Source: Squalus acanthias (taxonomy: Eukaryota). Taken from it: a stretch of 64,000 nt of DNA. The notes under the pieces are model-generated. The model ran no database searches. It was not told where the DNA came from and saw nothing but the letters and a program-made list of their open reading frames with translations. The stretch is from positions 131,814,001 to 131,878,000 of the forward strand of contig CM059432.1 of the NCBI GenBank assembly GCA_030390025.1. The letters run 5' to 3'. This document shows positions 21,894 through 34,920 of the stretch, piece after piece (position 1 is the stretch's first letter; each line of letters opens with the position of its first letter). A program made the position numbers and the translations under genes.

Positions 21894-24119
21894 TGTAAAG
21901 CTGGCATTTTGAAGTCAGGACTCCCGGCAGTTAGGTTATCCCAGCATATATATTTCTTGTACCATTGCAGTAACTTCTACTTATATTTAAATTTAATATA
22001 ACTTGATTTTTTAAGATTTATATAATTGAAAGTCACACCTTTTAATGTGTATGTCATATTCAGGATGTCACACACACAAAATGTGTATGTAGCATCGTTC
22101 TGATTACCTTAAATAAACAGTTAACCATGCTCAAATATTGGATTGTCACTACACAAATAGGAAATGTGATTCCATTGGAACACTGTCCAATAAGTTTTGC
22201 GGTCCAGAGGTCTACCCTCGCTCGGGAGTTTAAGTTTTGCAGGTTTCACGGAGTTTACCTTCTTCTGTTGAGCCTTCTCTCCTGAGCACACATGCACCAC
22301 CTTTCAGACTTCTGCTCATACATGCCCACTCGTGCGGGCTATTCTAGTTCATCCACAGGTATTTTTCTAAACATGCCCTTTTCTAGCCACAGTGCTTCCT
22401 GGCCACATTTTGCATCCTGATATAACCCTTCCTGTGTGATGTGGAACAGTTCTGTCATTCCCCAAGATATCCCAGTGTGGTCTGGCCAGTCACAGCCCTA
22501 TACCATCTCTGGCCTGCTCCGGCCCGGCCCAGCCTTGAGTGCTGTGCCTCCACTTTCAGCCAATACCCCAGACTTGGCCTGATGAGCTCTTGATTCGACT
22601 CCAGCATTCTCCCCCACCTCCAATCAACCACGCCCCCCCCCCCCCCGCCATTACCCCTAGCCTTCCCCGCAGTGACTCCTAGGCCTCTCTGCCCATGCAG
22701 ACCTGCCTCCAATGCTTCAACTCTGCTCCAGGATTGTAATTCACCATGAGTCATGCCACAAGAGACTCACTGGCTCTGAGCAGTAATGTTAAAGTTGCAA
22801 ACATTAGCATTTTATATATTATGGTTGGATGGTGTTGAGATATGTAAAACTTCTGTCCCGTTGACATTTTTAAGTCTTGTCATGGGGATTGTGTCCTAAT
22901 GGGATGAGAAACCATGATGCAGGGCCAAGGCAGGAGACCACCAAGGTTGAAAAGAGTGGAAGAGAAGAGGAGTTAAATGAAGTGGTGATATGACATTGGG
23001 GAAGATAGTGGGAGTGGCTTCCAGGATGAAAGTCATAGCTGCCTCAATGAGAATAACAGCATTACCCTGAGGAGGGATAAATAAAAAGAAAAACAACTGC
23101 AAATTCTGGAAATCTGAAGTAAAGCGCTGGAAATACAGAGCAGGTTAGTCTTGAAGAGGAAAGTAGTTTTGTAAAGACAGAACTGGATGTGGGGGCATTA
23201 ATTGAAAGAATGGCTCAAATATGATCCACTGTTTTTCTACTTCTGTTTAAACAATGGAGCTTTAAATGGAAGTCTAATTGCCATCGCTGGTATAACTTCC
23301 ACAAAGAAATGTTCAGTCCAGATCATTGAACTCCTTAGTTAGGGGAGAATAGCTGCAAATGGGCTACAATGGGGAAAAAACCTTGGGGGTAAAATTCAAC
23401 TTCGGGTGCAGAAAATGGGTGGGAGCAGATTGACTGCACCTCGCCTGATTTTTCCTTTCCATTGCCCATCCCATCGTCAGAAGACCCTCATATCGTGTGG
23501 TATATTTGATCGCCTATATTTATATCTATCATCCCCAACTCCATATTTATCCTCCTTACCCAGAGTTGAGTCATACTGGGGTACAGTTCCACAGGTGCCT
23601 ACATAAACAGTCATTCTTCATGTCTTAGCATGGACATGGAGTGTTGGCCAGCTCTTTGACTATGGAAGGTATCAAAACTAAGTTTGATTTCGTCCTCACC
23701 TGTTGTTCAAGCACATACGCTTTCCAGCTGGAATCATTGGATGTAGCAATCAAAAGTGAGAAGAACCCTCACTGGATTTTTTTTTTTAATAGTCCATGGG
23801 TGGTAGGGCCAATTGAAGGCCTGCATGCTGTTCCAGCTGATATCAGCTAACAGCATAGACTGAGGATCGAAAATGGGACTTTCCAGTCTATATAGTTCAA
23901 GACTACACGGTGTGGTTCACTGAATCATCAAAGAAACACCTGTGGAAGTTTCTTTATTCCAATAATTTAGCATGAGATCCTGGACAGCTTATGTTGGGGA
24001 TTCTGCCGGACCTTGTCGTGAGCAGTCTTAGCACACTCCTACCAAGACCAGTGGTGTAACAGGGGACAGGACGGGATGGGACTGAGGCCGGGGACTCCCA
24101 ATTCTGGGAGTTTCTATGT

Positions 24120-24488
24120 CCTTGGTGACTGTCTGTGTGGAGTTTGCACATTCTCCCCGTGTCTGCGTGGGTTTCCTCCGGGTGCTCCGGTTTCCTCCCA
24201 CAGTCCAAAAATGTGCGGGTTAGGTTGATTTGGCTATGATAAATTGACCCTTAGTGTTAGGGGGGATTAAATATGTGGGGTTATGGGGATAGGATGGGAT
24301 ATGTTAGGGGGAATTAAATGCGTGGGGTTACGGGGCTAGGGTGGGATGTGAGTACTGTGGGGATTGGGGCAGGGACAGGGTGCTGGATTTGGATGATCAG
24401 CCATGATCGTATTGAATGGCGGAGCAGGCTCGACGGGCCGAATGGCCTACTCCTGCTCCTAGATTCTATGTTTCTATGTTTCTATGTT
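24120..24488 (+). mobile_element. HE1-like V-SINE (central domain plus CR1-derived tail)
   Basis: GTGGAGTTTGCACATTCTCCCCGTGTCTGCGTGGGTTTCCTCCGGGTGCTCCGGTTTCCTCCCACAGTCCAAA core. Tail is shared with the CR1 3' ends and ends in (TTCTATGT)n. Confidence 0.8.
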
Positions 24489-24806
24489 TGGCCGCTCAGT
24501 TGGCAGGTTGATCATCGGCGGTCAGTATGCCTGGTGAGACCAGATGTACTAGGCTGCCAAATGGCAGTTGTCAGGACTACCTTGGCGAGGAATGGGTGCT
24601 CGCCATTGACATGACAATTAAAGGATTTTCCATGACCCTGCAAACTTTGGAGGTGTCAGCGTAAGAGGTCCTAGGTTGGGCATGTCCCAGCACTTTCCCT
24701 GGGATGTGCCCCCTACCGATTTTCAGCCCTTTCATCCTTAAGCATTTTTATACATTGTTATCACAACTTCCGTACTGTATCTTTTAATTTGTGTTTCATT
24801 TTCAAG

Positions 24807-24860
24807 GGACAATATGGCGAACAGGGTATTCCAGGTATACCTGGTTCTCAAGGCATACAG
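24807..24860 (+). CDS. Collagen 54-nt Gly-X-Y exon (GQYGEQGIPGIPGSQGIQ)
   Basis: aag|GGA...CAG|gtacag; six triplets. Confidence 0.93.
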
Positions 24861-25289
24861 GTACAGCATTGCATCTTACTTTTATTGCTTTTTCTTTCTG
24901 ATGAGGTAAGCTTACAGTATCATAATATCGTAACATAGTAACATAGTAATGACTTGTGCAGGGGAAGACCATTGGTCCATCTGGTCTACCCTATCAAACT
25001 ATACATCAGTTTCCTCATGATTCTAGAACTAATAGCCCTCCCTCCCTTTTCCTAATGAGTTCATCCAGTCCTTTTTTGAAACACTAGCATGATTTTTCTG
25101 TTCCACAAGTCTATCCTTTTTTGACTGAAAAAAAATTTCACCTAAATTTTCTATTTTTTTTTGACATCCTTAACTTTAAACTCCGTCCCCTGATCGAAGA
25201 ACTTTCCTGGATCCAAATTCACCATGCCCATGAGAATCTTAAAGGCCACTGAACAAGTCCGCACCCCACCTCCCTCCGCCTGATCCATT

Positions 25290-27260
25290 AAAGTTTGCAG
25301 CACAGAAAGAGACTGTTTGGCCTATGCTCTCTGTGCTGGCTCTATGCTAGAGCAATCCAAAACTAATCCCACTGCCCCACTCTCTCCCTAGAGCCCTATA
25401 TTTACCTCCAAATATTTATCCATATTTCCCTTAAAAGATGCAGTGGTTTCTGCCTCAAACACTCCATGTTGAAGCATTCCATGCTCCAGTGATTCATTTT
25501 GTAAGGAAATTTCTCCTCACCTCTCTCCTCATTCTCTTAGTGGCAATTTTAAATTGATGTCTTCTCATTATGGATTCTGAACCAAAGGAAATCATCTTTC
25601 CATATTTACTCTATCAAAACATTTCATAATTTTTTTTTAAAAACCACAACTAAATCTCCTCTTAGCCTTTTCAGCTCCAGTGAAAATAGTCCTAGTACCT
25701 CAAGTCTTTCCTCAGAACTACAGTTTCCAATCCCTGATATCATCCTGGTGAATCTACACACTGCCCTCTCTATGGTTTGATGCCCTTTGTATAATGGAGC
25801 AACAGAAACTGCACACAGCACTCTATCTGTGGCCTAGCCAAGGTTTTGTACAAATTTATAATTTTTTTTTCTTCTTGTACTCTACATAAAACCCAAAATG
25901 CTGTTTGCCTTTTTTATGACTTTTTCTTCCTGTACTTGCACTTTCAGGGAATTATGTATTTGAAACCTTAGGGCTCTCCATTCAATGTCTTTCTATTGAG
26001 TATATATGCCCATATTCCTTGTTTTTCTTCCAAAAATGTATTACCTCACACTTAGCCACATTAAATTACATCGGACACCTCTCCACCCATTCCGCTAACC
26101 TGTCTGTGTCTTCTTGAAGTCTTCGACAGTCTTCCTCATTCCTACCTTCGTGTCATCATCAAATTTTGAGATTGTGCTCCTTATACCCAAGTCCAAGTCA
26201 TCTATATATACCAAGAACAGAAGTGGACCCGGCCCTGGGGCAGTGTTGTCCAATACTTTAGCCATATGTGGCTAATTGGGAATCCAGTTGTGACTAATTG
26301 AATTTTTGATTAGTAAATAAAAAATGAGTGATAGACACCATCGTTGGGCTTGTGACCGCAATACTCACATTTTCACGGCTTATGCATGTGTACTTTAACC
26401 TTTTTGTGTGTTTGTTGGTTAAATGTTAAACCGAAAAGCAGAGTGTGCGCATGTTTTTTGATTGTTGTGCATGCTTTACTTCCTTGGTTACTGCTTATTG
26501 GTTTTCTGCTAAAATGTGTGCAACATGGTGAAAACGCCAGACTTCAGCACCATGGAAACACCAGCAACATTGTATGGAGAGGGAAGCTGTCATTGTGGTG
26601 AGCTCCAGGTCAGCAGAAGAAAGCCAGCCCAACAAGGCATGTCATTTGCAAAGGGAAGGCAGCATCCACCCGCGTTCTGGTCGGGAGCAGGGGCTGGTCT
26701 GGCCGCATCTCGTGTGAGTCAACGTTCTGACCAGTCACTCTGATAAAGTCAAAGGACGGCTCACAATTGCTGGATAAGTACCTAGAAGCTGCACTAAGAT
26801 GTGCCGTGTCTGATAAATTCATACCTGAATTCCAAACTCCGTTGAAAGAGTAAGGCTGCAAAGTTTTGCACTAAACGGTTTAAGTAACTATACACATGAA
26901 GTACATTTACCTGTATTGTGTGGAAGACATTTTCTACTAAGGTTAATGCCTGTGGCTAAAATAATATCACCATAACCACACCTGTAGCGAGTCATGATTT
27001 CTATTGGACAGCACTACCCTGGGGAATACCAAATCCTTCTCAGTCTAAGCAACATCCATTTACCCAAACTCTTTGTTTCCTCTCCATCAACCAATTTCCT
27101 TTCCATGGTGCCTCCATTTTTCCAACAAGTCTCCTGTAAAACACCTTATCGAATGTCTTCTGAAAATCCATATAGACTACTGCATTTCCTTTAGCTATCT
27201 AGTTGGTCACTTATTCAAAAGAACTCTATTAACTTTGTCAAACACGACTTCCCTTTAGCA
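25290..27260 (-). mobile_element. Degenerate CR1 RT/3' fragment interrupted by a hAT element
   Basis: ORF 25624..25821 (KRLRGDL). RT remnants lie on both sides of 26241-27016. Confidence 0.7.
26241..27016 (+). mobile_element. Non-autonomous hAT (Charlie-like) DNA transposon
   Basis: TIRs CAGTGTTGTCCAATA / TATTGGACAGCACTA and perfect 8-bp TSD CCCTGGGG (26233-26240, 27017-27024). Transposase C-terminal remnant at 26743-26874. Confidence 0.88.
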
Positions 27261-27597
27261 AATCCTCTTCTTCTGCAGAGAGTAATGTCCCAGGGTAATA
27301 GATTGTTCTTCATAATTCAGCCCTCAACGTTCAGGAATCAACCTAGTACCTATACTCTGGACTCTATCCAATAATTCTACATCTTTTCTGTAATACAGAG
27401 ACCAAAACCTAACACAGTACTCCAGAGATACAGCCTTACCAAGGCTAGATATTACTTCATCATCTCGTTAATATGTAGAAAGTGTGTCATGTGTAAAATG
27501 GAAATATGTTATGTCTTTTGACCTGCATGACCTACATTTTTAATTCTTTCTAAAACATATATTCTCCCCCCCCCCCCCCCCCCCCCCCCCCATTCAG

Positions 27598-27651
27598 GGT
27601 CAACCTGGTTTGCCTGGATCTCCAGGGGAGCCTGGACCAAAAGGATACAGA
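27598..27651 (+). CDS. Collagen 54-nt Gly-X-Y exon (GQPGLPGSPGEPGPKGYR)
   Basis: Poly-C tract then cag|GGT...AGA|gtaaga. Confidence 0.93.
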
Positions 27652-29078
27652 GTAAGATATCTGTTTTCATTCCTTGACCAACAAAATCAGTTTGAAACTG
27701 TGATATGTTTCTTCTTTAACAAAATTAAAGTGCTAATGTTAAAGATGGAGTTTCACCATTGAGGCTCTCTCATAAAAATCAAACCATTGCAAAGAATTAT
27801 GATTAACTTGAACATCTGTTTGATATTATTTTGTCTGTTATTGCTGACTTTAAGAAAAAAATAATGACATCAAAAAGATACTTGCTTTCTGTCTCCCAGG
27901 AGTATATTCTCAGCAGACGCTTCATACAGAGCTCAAATCAGTTGGTCATTCCAACAATGTAAGGTAGCTGAATTAACTTGACTTGATTAATCCAGAGTGC
28001 TTCAGGTTCAGTTGCATGCATGTTAATCCAACTCCTTCATACGTTGTAGGACATTGTTACAAATTTCAGGTCTGCCTTAGATATTCTCTCAGGTACTGCA
28101 GTTCTGGTCATGTCCATAAGTAGTGATTTGAATCCAGGAGTGTGCCTGTACTGCCCAATATCTAATTATTCAATAATGTAACTCATGATATGAACTGGAT
28201 ATTGTGCCTTTTACCCATGCCCTTGCATGCGATTCTCCAATCTTTCAGTAGGGGGACTGAAAAAAAGACAATTAGTGCACTAAGACCAGTTATGAATCGT
28301 TAAGCTGCTTTATTTTACAAATGAATAAAGAGAGTAACAGTTGTAAACAAGCCTTACATTTCACCCACGTTTGACTTCTCTTCCTGAAAATGAGAAGAAA
28401 TAATGAACTGCATTCCCTGTCCCTGTCGTGGGCTGCCTTACATGTGTTTGGCATCCACTTTCTTTCAGGGCAACTTGTAAATGCAAAAGGTGAACTCCTG
28501 CATCTTGGATAACAGCCCTAGGTTAGTTTGTTGCAGTCTGTAATTTAAAACCTGGCCCACAGCCCATGTTTCCTTTTTTCTCTATTCACTAAAAGTGGAA
28601 AGGTGGTGCCTGCAACTCCTCCTCCATTCAGGGATTTGCTAATCTCCCGAGGGTTTAGTCTCAGTAGACACCTCATACTGAGCTCAAATTAATAGGTCAC
28701 TGCAACAATAAAAGATGGGCATGTTCACTGGAATCTCTAAACTTACTTTTCATTGTCTAAAGGACTCTGGTTCAGATGCAGCTGAACTCTAATCTATGTT
28801 TCCCAACTCTGTCTGAGTATACAGCCTATGGCTTTTTAAACCTGTGTGAATTCACTTTGTTTTAAAACACAACCTTCAAACAAAACTCATTCCCAAATCC
28901 TTTCCGGCAAAACTCTCGTACCAAGGCAGTCAGTCATGCTCCAAACTATTCCCTTCACGATCATGTCATTAGCACCCACTGTTTAACAAATAAAAATTGG
29001 ACAAAAGTAACGGACAAAAACCGATATAAATCAAAGATGATCCTAATTTGAAATCAGTGCTCATGGTGAAACTCTAAC

Positions 29079-29172
29079 AGATCAGATCAGCCATGATCTC
29101 ATTAAATGGCGGAGCAAGCTCGAGGGGCCAAATGGCCTACTCCTGCTCCTATTTCTCATGTTCTTATGTTCT
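29079..29172 (+). mobile_element. CR1/HE1 3' tail
   Basis: GATCAGCCATGATC...TGGCCTACTCCTGCTCCTA followed by an 8-mer tail repeat. Confidence 0.8.
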
Positions 29173-29246
29173 TCAGTACTTAATCATTTATAAAGAAAAA
29201 CATATTTTAAAAATAACATCCATCTTTTGTTTAATTGTACCTTTAG

Positions 29247-29300
29247 GGTGACAAAGGACATCATGGTCTCCCAGGGGTAGAAGGGCCTATGGGTCCTAAG
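29247..29300 (+). CDS. Collagen 54-nt Gly-X-Y exon (GDKGHHGLPGVEGPMGPK)
   Basis: tag|GGT...AAG|gtagta. Confidence 0.93.
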
Positions 29301-29394
29301 GTAGTATTTTAACAGATTTAAATCACCACTTCCACTTTGTGTTAAAATGCAAAATATTGATTTCTGTTTTCTCTATGCTGCAATTTTTTTAAAG

Positions 29395-29448
29395 GGGCCT
29401 GAAGGACCATCAGGACTACAAGGAATACCAGGGCTACTTGGAAAAAAA
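29395..29448 (+). CDS. Collagen 54-nt Gly-X-Y exon (GPEGPSGLQGIPGLLGKK)
   Basis: aag|GGG...AAA|gtatgt; follows a 94-nt intron. Confidence 0.93.
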
Positions 29449-31631
29449 GTATGTTGTTTCAGCTATATGCTCAGATTAATGTTAGGCCTTATATAATAAT
29501 GTCTACTGTTCTGGAATGCTCTCCAGATATGTTTTCTCATGTCCAGCACAAAAAACTTCCTCTACTGGCAAGTTCATGCCTCTGATGGACTAAAATATGA
29601 CCTGGTGCACCAAGTGATCTGAGAAGAGCATGTCCAAAGTGAACAATAAATTCCTTACGCTGCTGGTGAGCTCACTGAATATAGTACAAGATGTCTCGTA
29701 CTCCAGGTACCTCTTCGATTGTTGGACAACTATCATACATCTCAGGCTATAAACTACAAATCAGATGTTTTGAAAAGTAGAATTAGCAGAAGCAAGAGCA
29801 AACGCAGTAGATTTCATTAGATTCCAAAACTTTACTTAAACTTACAGGGTCCGAAATTCTGATAGTTTGGTACACCATAAACCCATTGGATCTAATGATG
29901 GGGGGCGGGGCGGGGGGCTGGGATTTGGTATTTAAAGTGGATACACTGTGTTTTTTTGCTACCTTCAAGTTCCGCCCTAAATGATGTGGAAATGAGGACG
30001 GGTGTATGGTAAGTCTGCGCTAACTAGGCACAACCATACAAATGATGATATAGTGGTTTGGATTCTTCTTCACAATCTCGCCTGAAATGGGGTAGGATAA
30101 TGGTGAAGAATGAGGCAGAATCCAATGATGAGGGATACTGATGTCTCATTGACCCAACCTGGATTACTCCTTGCTCCAGCCAGGACTGCCGCTGGCCAGC
30201 TCTTCCTCACCTGTCATATGCAAATCATGGCGGAGGCTGGGAAAGGGGAATGTACCCGGGTCCCCAGCAGATTTTCCTGGTGACCACCATGTGAAAAATG
30301 GTGACGAGCCTAGGGAACTGGTAGTAACAGCCCGGAGATCCCCCGGGGGAAGGAGATGGCTTTATAGTGGACTCCTCTCCCTCCAGTCTGATCCCCACTT
30401 ACCTTCCTGTGTGGGCCTCCATCTCTACTAATTTCCCGATCTTCAGGTTCTTCTGCCTGGCTGCCTCTTCTGGTCATGCAATGGCAGTCGTGCTGCAGCA
30501 CCACTGGGATTTTGAGGCCATACAATGGCAGCCCTTCACTTGGCCGGGGGAGTCCCACCTCCCCGGATGCTTTCCGTACATCTTTTGTCGCACCCAGCAA
30601 TACTTAAATATACTGACTCTGGAACTTAGGATGGGGTCGGCATCAGGCCAGTTGGGCGGGCAGTATGTCCCGTGCTGTCGGAATCTCATGGCCATAGTCT
30701 TTGTTCGAAAATAATAAAAATATCTCAAAGTCCTTGAAATTATCTGTAATGACACTTAGCTCGGACCAGTGTCCATAATGCAAAGTTTATACGTGGTATT
30801 TGGTATTCAGAGTGTCTCTGTTAGCCACTGCCTGTCAACAGTCCGGCAGAGCAGGAATCCTAGAAACGGGGCAGCAGTTATATCTGCACTCTGCTTTGAA
30901 ATCCAGACTGAGACAAAGGAATTCTTTCCCAACTAAATACAGCTGTAGGGTTCAGAGCATCATGCTGGTTTCCCACGAACCTGCTTCAGTCGCCTACCCC
31001 ATTTCAAAGCAAAGCCAAATGCAGGCCCCACACTGGCTCCACTCCAATGTTTTTCCAGTGATGCTAATGGAGTCCCTCTCTAGCCCATCATCCTGTTAAA
31101 CACTACTGCTCTCAGCTAATGATCCCTACTCCCAGGCCTCACAATTCTGTGCTGCCGTGGCCCTCATTGGTCCCCCTCTTGATCCACCCCCAAGCCTGTT
31201 TTGCACCACCGCTGGTCCACACACCTCCTGGAGAGCTGGTTACTGGCCCATTCTGGGACCATTCTTTCAGGACAAGCCTTGCTTGCAGGGCCCCCTTGCT
31301 GTGCCTCCTTCTTGCAGTCAGGAAGATAACGTAAACAGTGTTAATTGCCAAGTCGTGGCAATTGACATTCATCAAGCTATCTTCCTCTTGGAACTAACAT
31401 TGGGCACATGCAACAAATAAAATGTATTCCAGGTGCCCAGCCAGCACTAAATAAAATAAAATGGTCACCAGCTGGCGAGCTCCCAAAATTCCAAACAGAA
31501 ATATAAATACCTTTTGTGTCTTTTATGATTTAAAAAAAAGACAGATTGATGATCTATCTCGCAGACATATTGGCATGTGACTGATGCCCCAAGAATCCCT
31601 GGAGCTGGTCTGATGTCATGCTGTAGTCATT

Positions 31632-32324
31632 GGGCCAAATCTTGCTGGAGGGGGCATCTCGCGGTGTGCGCCATTAGTTAGACCTTTTCCTGCCCTCTTC
31701 AGCTCGAAAATGTTTTGCCCTGTAAGTTGCTAGAAGTGCGAGCTGATAACGGCGCAGCAAGGGCAACGGGGCATCTGGGACCGACGGGACCAACAGTCTA
31801 TCTCCTTAACCAATGAGATTTAAGGGTTGAGAAAGAAACAGAGGAACGATGGAGAAGGAGGGTGAATTAGAGTCAAATCAGGTACAGAAAGAGTAATAAA
31901 AATTAAATTTTACATTTAACATTTTTTAAATCTCTAAGAAGAATTTACTACTTGCAGGAATAAGACTCAACAGTTTAAATAGTTCCCTTTCTGGGCCGGA
32001 GAAATTGATTGGCATTGCATTTATCATTATCACGTCGTTAAAAAGGCACTTACGCTGTTAAGTACGAGTCCTAACATTCTGCCGTGAGTTTAATGAGCAA
32101 TTAATGTGCAAAATGCAGCAAATTCTTAAAAATTACTGGGAGGTTGAGGGCGAACTGCCGTTTGTGCGAGGCAAACGACAGAGTGGTATAAATGGACCAG
32201 CAAGTTATGGCGATTCGCAACTCACGGCGTATCTCTTCTTCGCCTGAACTTACTGGCTGATTTGTGCATTAATTAATGGCGTGCATCGTGAACTCGCCAA
32301 TATTTTTCCAGCAATATTTGGCTC
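31632..32324. mobile_element. Harbinger-type MITE
   Basis: TIRs GGGCCAAATCTTGCTGG / CCAGCAATATTTGGCTC; TSD ATT. Confidence 0.8.
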
Positions 32325-33230
32325 ATTACCATGTAACAACTGTTATTCGCCACAGAAATAGTGTAATTTTACAATAATACTTGGACTTCTCCTCCAGTTC
32401 GACTTTAATAGCAAGCAAATCCTCACTCTTGCATACAGTTACAAGCCCAGTCAGAACCAGCTAGTTCTTGTATTATTTGCTGGCAGTACAGGTTGGCTTT
32501 ATTCCGTGCTTTTCAAGTGGGTGGCAGTGCTGTTCATTCCCTGGAGTTGCACCAATAAAGAAGCATAAATCATCACAGCCTATTCTGGTAGGCGAGAGTT
32601 TGACTCTTCATGCATCTAGAAAACATCATCAAACCAAGGATTGACTAATAGATGTTGTAGTGTATCAGTAATTAATGCAGAATAGATAGAGACTGAGTGA
32701 ATTCAAGGAACTTGTGCCACTCAAAACCATCAAAGAAAAATGGTTCTTTGTGCATTCATTGTTTACTGCAGGAAAACATTTAAAGTGCTTCCATTACACT
32801 GTAAAATTTAAATTATTGTGTGCAAAAGAGAATGCACTTCAAAGGACAGGTGATTGGCTGTTTGGAGCAGGTGAGGGAATCTGATAAATAAAATAAAATT
32901 CAAGCAAAGGTTTAATTTGAAGATGCCAACTCACTACCATCTAATTCAAATCTCAAGTCTGGAAAACAGTCAGCTTATAAAGGTTCAAATTCTTTGTGTT
33001 GAGAGGATGATGAAGATCTTACCAATGTCTTTAGTTTAAAGGTAGCTGTATTCTGTCAAGAACTAGAAAGAACCAATTGCAGGGCTCATTATTGTATTAT
33101 ATGATCCAACCAAAATTATCTTAAATAATTTGCAGTTTGTTCCCTCTGACCGTACAATCAAATCTCAGGGAGTTTTAGGAAATGAATAATACTGGCTTTA
33201 CCATGAAGTTACCATGAAGTAGTAAGCCTA

Positions 33231-33693
33231 AGAAGAAAGAAAGACTTGCATTTATATAGCGCCTTTCACGACCACCAGATGTCCCAAAGCACTTTACAGC
33301 CAATGAAGTACTTTTGAAGTGTAGTCACTGTTGTAATGTGGGAAACGCGGCAGCCAATTTGCGCACAGCAAGCTCCCACAAACAGCAATGTGATAATGAC
33401 CAGATGATCTGTTTTTGTTATGTTGATTGAGGGATAAATATTGGCCAGGACACTGGGGATAACTCCCCTGCTCTTCTTCGAAATAGTGCCATGGGATCTT
33501 TTACATCCACCTGAGAGGGCAGACGGGGCCTCGGTTTAACGTCTCATCCGAAAGATGGCACCTTTGACAGTGCAGCACTCCCTCAGCACTGCACCAGTGT
33601 CAGCCTAGATTTTTGTGCTCAAGTCTCTGGAGATTGAACCCACAACCTTCTGACTCGGAGGCGAGGGTGCTACCACCTGAGCCACGGCTGACA
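33231..33693 (-). mobile_element. tRNA-derived DeuSINE (SacSINE1-like), full length
   Basis: Minus-strand tRNA-like head (GTGGCTCAGGTGGTAGC...GGTTCAATC), Deu-type core, and L2-like tail AAAGGCGCTATATAAATGCAAGTCTTTC. Confidence 0.85.
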
Positions 33694-34027
33694 CACCTAT
33701 TTAGAAATGCCTTTACAAAAACATCTTGTATACCTTTCTTTGGAGTCAAATAGCATGAGTTGGAAACCCTTGTAACAAATAAAGAAAGGTATAAACTGCT
33801 TACTTCTATTTAGTTTAAGCTGCCTACTTTTAACTAAAGTAAACCTGCCTGCCTGAGATTTCACATTGATCTTACAGTGGAGTAAAGTTGCTGCTGCAAT
33901 TATACAAAGTAATCCTAATATATGTGCTCCATCTGAAATATGTCAAGCCTCCAATGGACCTGGCTCTTGATGCACAAAGACATTATGGTGTTTACACAAT
34001 TATTTAAAGCAACTAGTGGCTCTCCCA

Positions 34028-34332
34028 TAGGAACATGGGAATATAGGAACAGGAGTAGGCCATCGAAGCACTCAAGCCTGTTCTGCCATTCAATTAGATC
34101 ATGTTGGATCTGTATCTTAACTCCATCTACCCGCCTTGGTTCTGTAACCCTCAATACCCTTTGCCTAACAAAAATCTATCAATCTCAAGTTTTGAAATTT
34201 TCAATTGACCCCCCCTTTGTGTGAAGAAGTGCTTCCTGACATCACCTTGAACTGTCTATCTCTAATTTTATTGGTTATACCCCCTTGCTCTGGACTCCCC
34301 CGCCAGAGGAAATAGTTTCTCTCGATCTACCT
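34028..34332 (-). mobile_element. CR1 3' fragment
   Basis: Reverse complement of the CR1 tail seen at 21585-21682. Confidence 0.75.
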
Positions 34333-34920
34333 ATGATGCTGGCCATGGAAAGTCATGACAAAGCAAATTTCCTTCGGTGCATTAGTGATGGTATAGGGAT
34401 GGGAATCTGGAGCTTATGAAGCTTCATCCAGTGGTAGAAATATGCAGTTGCAGGCACCAGCACCACTGTGTCACAGGTAGCTTTATAATGGGAAATTCCT
34501 ATTGAGAAGCCACCTACAGGCATGACCTATTTGGGTGATGCCCAAAAAAGGACTGTGTGTCCTGCATTGCAAATTTAATATATTCTAAATAGATATGTAG
34601 AAGCAGTAAGGATCCCCCTGGAATGCAATGAAATAAACTCCAGCAGCACTGACTGTTCAGATTACCTGCTACAATACCACATCTGTTCAACTCACTTGAT
34701 TTCATTTTGGAATCTAAGAATAATCGCTTTTCCATCCTGACACAACATCCCATCCTGCCCCCTAGTTTTTTTTTGGAGCCATAACCTGTGAATGTTCTTA
34801 ATTGCAACTTGCAACTCGGAGGTTTAAAATAATTGCGGGCTGAAATCCCCGGCTTACTTGGCATTCCTGTATTTCTGCAAGACTTTCGCCAGATTGGATT
34901 GAACACCAAAAGAAAAACCG

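Noticed and set aside
33600..33693. tRNA gene (also near 44490-44556)
   Set aside because: It is the tRNA-derived head of a SINE, continuous with the SINE body and tail.
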